Origin: Mayamaea pseudoterrestris
Lineage: Eukaryota
NCBI GenBank assembly: GCA_027923505.1
Contig: BROI01000005.1
Span: forward strand, 806,001 to 870,000
Reading direction: 5' to 3'
DNA: 64,000 bases
Made by a program: the position numbers and the translations under genes. The notes beneath the pieces were generated by a model. It ran no database searches. It saw only the letters and a list, made by a program, of their open reading frames with translations, and was not told where the DNA came from. Each line of letters opens with the position of its first letter. The first letter of the stretch is position 1. Positions 56,110 to 64,000 of the stretch are shown one piece after another.

Positions 56110-56484
56110 TCACAATCGCGTCAAGCATTGGTGCAGCGCATCCTGACACTGATCGAGTATACTGGCGCCAGTGAAAATTTCGTTCACGATGATACCGACG
56201 GCTCCCACCATGGCGATGCGACCAATCAGGAGCTCGGCGCCGTCCAGCTGCGCCACGGTCAGTATTTCTCGCTCCTTCTTGCTCGGCAAGTCCATCCATG
56301 ATGGTAAATTGGAAGAAGCTGATGATGATGGCTGCGATTCAAGGGAGTTGACGTTTAGTTGACTCGAAGTGATTGGTGATCGACTATGGATTGGTCGATT
56401 GACGGAAAAGGATTCGGCTGGAGGTGCCAAAAGCAAGAGCACCGCTGCCGCGATGAGATGAAGGACTCGGAAATATTTCGTCAT
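56110..56484 (-). CDS. One-helix LHC-superfamily protein (HLIP/OHP/SEP-like), plastid-targeted
   Basis: Signal followed by AES-FSV; single LHC motif AELLIGRIAMVG...EIFTG. Confidence 0.8.
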   Translation of the reverse strand: MTKYFRVLHLIAAAVLLLLAPPAESFSVNRPIHSRSPITSSQLNVNSLESQPSSSASSNLPSWMDLPSKKEREILTVAQLDGAELLIGRIAMVGAVGIIVNEIFTGASILDQCQDALHQCLTRL

Positions 56485-56822
56485 GGTTAAATATCGTAAA
56501 GTGATCAGTATGTGTTAGATACCCTTATGATTGAAAAGTGCAGGAAGTGATGGGAAGACAATCGCTGAGTCAATCCGAAATCGTCCATGGCATCCATCGA
56601 ATGCCAGCGCACTCTTTGCGCGTCCCTTCCTCGCGCGAGCACGCGTCACTGAAATTCCGAAAAATGACGTCATGGTTTGTCCGAGCAGTCACAATAAGGT
56701 TAGCTACGTACCGTACCGGTAAGATATTATATTGTAATTGCAACTACAGTAACGACGATAATCAAAGTCTATTGCATTGCAGCTTCGTGACTAAGAAATG
56801 AAATCCACATTTTCGATATCCA

Positions 56823-59800
56823 TTACTTTGTCCATCGCTCCTGTTTTCGACTTGCGCGTCCCAGAAACACAAAGCCAGCCACTGCTACGGCTGTGACCGT
56901 CGCTCCCACCAATATAGTCTTTCTTGTGGCAGCTGGATAGATAACACCCTTCCATACATTTGGACGTGCCAAAGGCGTTGGCGTATTATCGAATCCGCTC
57001 AACCTGCTTCGAAACTCTAGAATCTCGGACAAGCTGTTCACGACCACCTTTTTGCGACACGAGCCAAAGCGATGCGATGCGAGGCGCATTGGATTCAGCG
57101 GAAAGGTAGTTCCATAGACGCAGGACGTGATGCGAGCGCGACTAGTAGAGAGAACGACGCGGTCCCACGTCTCCACCAAGTCACTCACCGCCAACGCTTC
57201 GATTTGTTTGGCGAGCGCCTTTGAATTGTCCCATGGAATGTCGCTGCTGGAACGCATTTCGCTACTCAAAATCTCGGGCGCATACGATCGAATTTTTGAC
57301 TTTTGAATGCTCGCTTCGGTGCCTAGCTTTTGGACGGGCTTGCGCATGGTGGTACTCAGACCAGCAGCGTAGTTTTGAAGCTCGGAGGGTGGCATGTTGG
57401 CAAGAATTTGACGAAACGACTTCAAAAAGTCGTCGATACGCGTCATAATATCCAGTGGTGAGAGCTTGCGACTGAGAACGGCAATCACCAGTAGATCCAC
57501 CGGAACGGTTCGAGGATCAAGCTCGTTGATTGGTTGGGTGGAAATACTAACATCGTACCATGAGCTGACCACGTAGCCCAGCGTTTGCTTGGTGCGAAGC
57601 TCATCAAAGAGAGGCTCTCGCAAAATGTGGCTGATCAATCGCATTGCTGCAGAACTCTTCAAGCTAGTCGGCGTCGACAATATTTCGCCGCGATATCCTG
57701 GAATGGGCGACTGATATGTCACGACAACGGCACCATTCTCGTCCGAAAGATTTTGACTTGTAAAGTGGAATTCAACGTCTTCTCCGGCCGGCAACCGCCG
57801 TTCGATTTCGCCTGGTAGCCACATGGCCAATGACTTGCCTTTAGAATCAAGGGCGGGCGCGACGAAGGACTTTGATAGAAGACTTGATGCGTCCGAAAAG
57901 AACAATTTTGCTTGCTTTTCCGACACGTTTCCCGTGAGGAAACAATCGACGCTCCACTCAAGGTTTGCAAGCAAGTCGTTAAAATGCTTCTTGACATCAT
58001 CCAACGTCGTGGCCTCTGATGCCGACAATGAAGCGTCAATTCCCATACCGTCCGATGTCAACAAAAAGTCGCGATAAAACATGGCGCTTGTATCAGCTCG
58101 CTTTGATTCAAAAAACGTCTTTAGCTGCCGACACATGCGGTCCTTTGTTGAAGAAAAGTACGAATCTGTCAAAAAGTCGCCTTTCAGAAACGCTGTAAGC
58201 ACCGTGAGTGCCAAGTCGGGAAGGCGATCCGAAAACCCAGAGCAGCTCAACTGGACACCGTATGGCGTGAAGTTCAAATTCCAGTTTAGCCCAGCCAAAT
58301 GCGCGTCGTAGGTGTCAACGGCCATTGCCTCGGAAAAAATACCTGCAAGCATGTTGGAGCGCATTGATGCATCAGTATCTGGTTGCCATTTCCCATCGAC
58401 CTTGACATGATCGCCGGAAGCTGTGCGAATTAGTACGGAAACCACCGACTTTGGTAGCGCATAGCGGTCGTCCAATCGATGCCAAAGTCTTCCAATCTTT
58501 GCGTCTTGCATCAACAGCTTGGGCGGGTCAATTTCCTTTTCGATGCGAGGCCCAGCCTTGGCTTCGTCAGAAAGGTCGTCACACAGCGTCAACGTGCGAG
58601 GAATGAATCGATTAGGGCGAGGTAGCTGCAGCTTCTCGCGCACATCGAGCAGCGGTTCACCAGTGCCGTCCCATGATTGAATGTGCGCTGCATCAATCGC
58701 TGATACAAAGTAATCAATTCCATACCAAGGTTCCGTTCGACGATGTACACATTCTTCTTTCGCTGCCTCCACTGCTTCCATTTCGTCCCACGCTTTTATA
58801 CTACATCGCTCAATGAAGCAGTTTGTTGGACCCATGCAGTCGACAAACTCCTTGACACGGGCCAGTGGAAACGAGTCGGCCGTTTCCGTCAACATGGACC
58901 CGGCGCTCAAGCACTGCTCCGTCCCTTCCGTCAAGACGCGGCCCGCCAACGACGGAGCAAAGTCATAGACACCACCCGGACTATTTTGGTGAAAGAACAT
59001 GCTACTCAGCTTTGCAGATTCCTCATAAATACGTTTCAGATCGTCAACCTTGTCTTCGTCTTGACATGCCGCTTGAATCAAGCGAACATGCTGCATAATG
59101 ACATCCACCATCTTGCTCCAGTTTTCTTCACCTTGCTCCGTCAATCCCACACTAATTTGAAACAAGGTAAACTCCGGTCCAGAGTGACGCGCGCCAGCCG
59201 AGAGTGACGAAATCAATCCAAGCTCCTGCAATACGCAAAAGGCTGATCCAGTGCCCTCGTGACCAAGCAAGTGCGACAAGACACTCACGGGCGACTGATC
59301 CAAATTCTTTCCAACGGGCGGCAACGTCCACATGATGACCAGTTGGCGCATATTCTTGACCGGTTTGATTGTGTAGACAAACGGCCATTTGTTCGTATTA
59401 CCGTCTTGACTTGGAACGCTGGCATGAAAGGCTGGCTTGTAGTCGGCCTGCGGCTGATCAAACCCATACAATGGCGCCTCCTTGGCGGCGTCAAGCACCA
59501 GCTGCTGCGTCTCGGTTATGGTGCTGGTCGTTGTATCGTCATTTAAACATTCCTTTTTTGGCATACTTGCAAACTTTGAAACAAGCCATTCCTCCAGCTG
59601 CTCGAGCAACTGCGGACCAGCCACCACGACCGTCAAGTTGTTTGGCCGATAGTGAAAACTATGAAAATCCAGTAGCGCCTGTCGCATGTCATTAGTCTGC
59701 GTTTCGTTATTCGTGGGAAGCGTGTGACTGTTGCCCGTCGTAAACTTGGTGTACGCGTGCGACTGGTCGCCCAAGTGCTTTAGAATTTGCAGTCGCCGCC

Positions 59801-60290
59801 TAACGTCGCTCGCCAGATTCTTGGAATTCTCCGCATCCACCGCCTGCACCTCCCGACTCGTGCCCGACGTGGAAAACAGCGGCGCGACAAAAAATTGCGC
59901 AAACATACTCAGCGCTTTCTCCGCATGCTCCGCCACTACCTCAAATTTGTAGTTTGTCGTGTGCAGACTCGTGCTGGCGTTGGATCGTCCACCGTGCGAC
60001 GCCAAGTATTTCTTGTAGTCATTCTCTCCCGGATACTCACGTGAACCAAGGAAACACATGTGTTCACAAAAGTGCGCCAGTCCCGAGAGTGAGCGAGGAT
60101 CGGCGGCGGCACCAACGTTGACTGTAGCCGACGCGGCCGTGGTTTTGGATTGCGCGTCGTGCACCATCACGAGTGTGACGCCATTGTGGAGCTGGAGGCA
60201 GCGGTAGTTGCGCCAGTCGGCGTCGCCTTTAATGGGAAAAGGTAATGGAGTAGGTAGTGTAGGAGTTGGTGATGTCGTAGTCATTGTCAT
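56823..60290 (-). CDS. Insulysin / M16A metallopeptidase with C-terminal TM anchor
   Basis: GLAHFCEHMCFLGS (HXXEH), NASTS, REVQAVDAE, HLLGHEG, FDELRTKQTLGY; likely ATG at 60290 (an in-frame upstream ATG is at 60401). Confidence 0.92.
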   Translation of the reverse strand: MTMTTTSPTPTLPTPLPFPIKGDADWRNYRCLQLHNGVTLVMVHDAQSKTTAASATVNVGAAADPRSLSGLAHFCEHMCFLGSREYPGENDYKKYLASHGGRSNASTSLHTTNYKFEVVAEHAEKALSMFAQFFVAPLFSTSGTSREVQAVDAENSKNLASDVRRRLQILKHLGDQSHAYTKFTTGNSHTLPTNNETQTNDMRQALLDFHSFHYRPNNLTVVVAGPQLLEQLEEWLVSKFASMPKKECLNDDTTTSTITETQQLVLDAAKEAPLYGFDQPQADYKPAFHASVPSQDGNTNKWPFVYTIKPVKNMRQLVIMWTLPPVGKNLDQSPVSVLSHLLGHEGTGSAFCVLQELGLISSLSAGARHSGPEFTLFQISVGLTEQGEENWSKMVDVIMQHVRLIQAACQDEDKVDDLKRIYEESAKLSSMFFHQNSPGGVYDFAPSLAGRVLTEGTEQCLSAGSMLTETADSFPLARVKEFVDCMGPTNCFIERCSIKAWDEMEAVEAAKEECVHRRTEPWYGIDYFVSAIDAAHIQSWDGTGEPLLDVREKLQLPRPNRFIPRTLTLCDDLSDEAKAGPRIEKEIDPPKLLMQDAKIGRLWHRLDDRYALPKSVVSVLIRTASGDHVKVDGKWQPDTDASMRSNMLAGIFSEAMAVDTYDAHLAGLNWNLNFTPYGVQLSCSGFSDRLPDLALTVLTAFLKGDFLTDSYFSSTKDRMCRQLKTFFESKRADTSAMFYRDFLLTSDGMGIDASLSASEATTLDDVKKHFNDLLANLEWSVDCFLTGNVSEKQAKLFFSDASSLLSKSFVAPALDSKGKSLAMWLPGEIERRLPAGEDVEFHFTSQNLSDENGAVVVTYQSPIPGYRGEILSTPTSLKSSAAMRLISHILREPLFDELRTKQTLGYVVSSWYDVSISTQPINELDPRTVPVDLLVIAVLSRKLSPLDIMTRIDDFLKSFRQILANMPPSELQNYAAGLSTTMRKPVQKLGTEASIQKSKIRSYAPEILSSEMRSSSDIPWDNSKALAKQIEALAVSDLVETWDRVVLSTSRARITSCVYGTTFPLNPMRLASHRFGSCRKKVVVNSLSEILEFRSRLSGFDNTPTPLARPNVWKGVIYPAATRKTILVGATVTAVAVAGFVFLGRASRKQERWTK

Positions 60291-61364
60291 GCTGGCGGCT
60301 TGGCCGAAAAAAAGGGTTATTGCGGGGGGAACCCCCGCTCTTACGCTAACCCCTGAGAGGGTGTCACGGGATTGGATTGGTTGAGTCGTGCCGCATCCCA
60401 TGCGAAAAAGCGCGGCGTTACCTTTTCCGGGTTAGTTTGATGCATTTTGATGGCATCGCCACTTTTACGGTCGAATTGCGGGACCAAGGAGGCATTCCAT
60501 TGCAACCAGCAAGGTGTCATGAGAACCAAACGGAAGCAGGGAATATGATTCAGTTGGAAAATTTGGCGCGGGACCAAAATTGAGTGAGTGAGTCGCCTTT
60601 GTTTGAACGAGGTGCAAACTTGTCAAATCTTCAATCGTCGACGCGACTACCTTAACACGCATGACTGTGGCTGAAACAGGCGCAGTATACCATCCAATAT
60701 ATACTTGATGCAGTGGACGAGTCAATAGTCTGATATTACAGCTGTGGCCAAAGTTTTGGTAGTGTTTCTATCGAGGTGATTTGAGCACATTTGCTAGAAT
60801 CGTCCCAGCACGACCAAATTTAAAAGTTAAGTATACATTTTGCACCATTGCATTCTTAGATGATTAAAGTAGATGATGGTATGCTAAGATTCTCTGTATC
60901 GGCATTCTGGACCGAGTTTGATCCCACAGAAGGACGAACTTGCGCAATCCCGCATTTGAGAACCGATGCGACAGCGTTTTGGTTAACAGCGTTGGCCATT
61001 GCACGCGACGCTAGCTACCTCAGCCATGCCAAGTCAATAGTATGAGCAATACAGTTGTAGTAACAACAGCAAAATAGATTTTAAAGGTATGAGCGTGGAT
61101 GGCACCAATAGAAATGCTACATCCTTGTTGTGTTCAATGTTCTGCAATGCTCTCTTTGCCAGTTTTCTACCAGCCGCGCAACTGGTGTCACTGTCCCTGG
61201 CTAGCCTGGTACTGTACTATCCGGTATAGTACTGTACATTGATGATGATTAATGGTACATTTGAGCTTGCTATCTTTCGGCTTATGCGCTGCATACAAGT
61301 TTGCCCCCCGCAACTTGCCGTAGGTAACCAGTTATGCGTGTGTGCGCCATGGTGAATCCTGGCA

Positions 61365-62320
61365 TGCATTTTCATTCGCTCCGTCGCTGCCTACTACGGC
61401 ATTCAGTGGTGATTCACTCGGATCATTGTGCACGCAAAAAGGTATGATTACTGTTGCTGGATGCTGCACCGATTCCTCAAGTTTTTATATGACTATATCT
61501 CACACAACAAGCCTAATATAGCTCCTTCCCTGGTTCGACGGCATGCTCGACGCCGACAAGGAATTCTTCGACAAATTACGGCGAGCCCTTGTTTGGATCG
61601 TCGCACATGCTGGATCTCTCAGGAGGAGCCCGATGAAAACATTGCCATTGCGTCGAGTACTTTAAAAGGAGTAAGCGCCCCATGAAGATTTGGTTGGAAA
61701 TGGAGATTGGTATTGCGGGAGGCGAAGACGGCGTCAGCAACGGGGTATTGACCCGGAAGTAATTACGTCTCCCGAGCAGGTTTACTCCGTCTACGAGTCG
61801 CTCTCAGATTTCGCCCATGTTTAGTATTGCGGCTGCCTTTTGGAAACGTTCACGGCGTCCACAAACCGGGCAACGTCAAGCTCAGCCCCGAGCGCCTTAG
61901 CCTGCATCAGGCGCACACGAAGAAAATGATTGGTAGGCCGACCAATCTTTTTGGTCATGCATGGAGGATCTGGTAGCACGGATGATGAAATCAAGACGAC
62001 CGTCAGCACCAGCGTCATCGAAAAATGAACATTGATACCGACACTCAATGGTAAGTTCGCATGATCCTAGCGAACATGATCGTCTGTCTATCAGTCTCGT
62101 TTTCTGATTTATTTTCTGCCAATATTCAGGTCTTATTGAGATAGTTTGAGGAGCTGAAAAAGAAGCGCGATTACTTGCGGAAGGCGCAGATTGGAAATCA
62201 ACGGGAGCAGACAAATGAACAAGAAATTCTACGATCCGCGCGTCTGGATCCGCAAGGCCGAGAGGCAATGGTGACCCGCGTTGAAACTGCATGGATAAGC
62301 TGAATAGCGAGGAACGTATG
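61365..62320 (+). pseudogene. FBA: Disrupted class II fructose-1,6-bisphosphate aldolase (intron-containing); more decayed N-terminal remnants possibly from ~60940
   Basis: Fragments IRSVAAYYGI, IHSDHCARK|LLPWFDGMLDAD, SSHMLDLS, WLEMEIGI, FSIAAAF-GNVHGVHKPGNVKL, VMHGGSGS, MNIDTDTQW, NKKFYDPRVWIRKAE; introns 61442-61521 and 62051-62129; many indels and an in-frame TGA at the conserved Trp after intron 2. Confidence 0.88.
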
Positions 62321-62789
62321 AACCAAAGACGGAGGGTGCGACGCCCAGCTGGGATCCCTCAAGAATCTGAATCATCACGTTGGTGCCTTGGTGCATTACT
62401 TGGGTCAGCGGTCATGCTCATCCTCAGAAGTAAGTCATAGCACTTGCATAGTGCTTGTTTTGCAGTTGAGACTGCTGATCAGGGAATGTCCATATTACCT
62501 GTTATATGGTATATTGACAACCACTCTCTCGGAGTTTATAAAAACATAGGCAATTGTGCCTGTTGTTAGTACCGTGGTTGATGAATTGACGGAACTGGCG
62601 ACGGAACTTTAGTTATTTGTTACTTGTATGTCGTCTACGTATGCATCGTATAGTCAGGGATAATTTGCTGAATATAGTCGAAGGCAAAACAATCACTTCA
62701 ACCTGTTTTCAAGTAACCATACCAGAGAAGCCTGGCAAGAATATAAAGATGTATGAACGTAGCTATTTCCCACAGCACGCCCAGCCCAT

Positions 62790-64000
62790 TAATATTATTC
62801 AGGCTGCGCTACATGATGGTATTTTGGTGTCGGGGGAAGTATTTGGTGACAACTTGTACTCAGCCGCAGATGCGACATTGAAACCCTACAACAGGCGTAG
62901 GTGCTCGTACACAGAGGTGCCAACATCATTATTCAGGGCACGCTACAAGAGTAGGCTGAGTATTTGGTGACAACTTGTCACCAGTCTCAGCTGCAGATGT
63001 CATGACATTCAAACGCTACAGCAAGCTGTGGTGCCCAAAATACACCATGAAGGGGTGCCAACATCATTATTCAGGCTACGCTACAAGAGTGGTACACTTG
63101 GTTGGTGTCTCAGGATTGACAATGTATTGTGACAATTGCGGAGATGTCAAAAGGGAATTAGGTGCGCTACAAGATGTAGGCTTGGTGTCTCAGGGGTTGG
63201 CAATGTATTTGGTGACAACTTGTCACCAGTCTCAGCCCGCAGCGACGACTACCAAGTAACACACCAGAATGGTGCCAGCTTCATTATTTAGGCTGCGCTG
63301 CAAGGTAGGCGGCTGGTGTCTCGGGGGATGACAATGTATTTGGTGACAACTTGTCATCAGTTTCAGCCCGCAGATGTCGTGACATTCAAACGCCCCTACA
63401 GCAAGCCCTGTAGGTGCCCAAAATACACCAGAATGGTGCCAACATCATTATTCCGGCTGCGCTAGAAGATGGTAGGCTTGGCTGGTGTCTCAGGGGATGA
63501 CAATGTATTTGGTGACAATTTGTCACCAGTCTCGGCCCACAGATGTTGTGACATTCAAACGCCCCTTCAGCAAGCCCTGTAGGTGCCCAAATTACACTAG
63601 AATGGTGCCAACATCATTATGCAGGCTGCGCTACATGATGGTATGCCTGGCTGGTGTCTCAGGGGTTGGCAATGTATTTGGTGATAACTTGTCACCAGTC
63701 TCAGCCTGCAGATGTTGTGACATTCAAACGCCCCTACAGCAAGCCCTGTAGGTGCCCCAAATACACCAGAAGGGTGCCAACATCATTATTCAGGCCACGC
63801 TACAAGATGGTATGCTTGGTTGGTGTCTCAGGGATTGACAATGTATTTGGTGACAACTTGTCACCAGTCTCAGCCCGCAGATGCCATGACACCCAAACCC
63901 CCCTACAGCAGGCCCTGTAGGTGCCCAAATTACACCAGAATGGTGCCTACATCATTATTCAGGCTGCGCTTCAAGATGGTAGGCTTGGTTGGTGTCTCAG
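62790..64000. repeat. Tandem satellite with 169-bp unit, running off the window end; degenerate/truncated units at the left edge
   Basis: The GTGTCTC anchor recurs at 63316, 63485, 63654, 63823 and 63992; units contain TGGTGACAACTTGTCACCA and CCTACAG...CTGTAGG inverted repeats. Confidence 0.95.

Noticed and set aside
62975..63920. ORFs 62975-63259, 63485-63751 and 63654-63920 as a repeat-protein family
   Set aside because: They are translations of the 169-bp satellite; the unit length is not a multiple of three and the starts are non-ATG.

Overview
Eukaryotic nuclear DNA, almost certainly a diatom (probably pennate). It is gene-dense with short GT-AG introns, and several proteins carry bipartite plastid pre-sequences (signal peptide followed by an ASAFAP-like Phe). 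About 28 protein genes or pseudogenes are supported. They include a globin, two tandem MYND-finger paralogues (one frameshifted), a transglutaminase-like protein, a spliced beta-carbonic anhydrase with a long repeat-rich disordered tail, three tandem BTB/POZ genes, a full-length helicase-type Dicer (3 exons), an algal-type NADPH oxidase with extra TM helices, a sulfotransferase-like protein, a thioredoxin, TRM5, APRT, GCP3, a SHAQK-type MYB, a parvulin-MiaB fusion, ChlM, threonine synthase, an HLIP/OHP-like protein and insulysin. The window ends in a disrupted class II fructose-bisphosphate aldolase and a 169-bp palindrome-containing satellite. The most striking candidates for new biology are (1) a 959-aa YbaK + anticodon-type OB + DEDDy exonuclease + DUF3427-like fusion, possibly a tRNA-surveillance nuclease, (2) the beta-CA with a sticker-spacer-like tail, possibly for pyrenoid condensation, and (3) the parvulin-MiaB fusion. 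No rRNA, tRNA or CRISPR array was recognised. All calls come from motif recognition by eye; no database searches were run.
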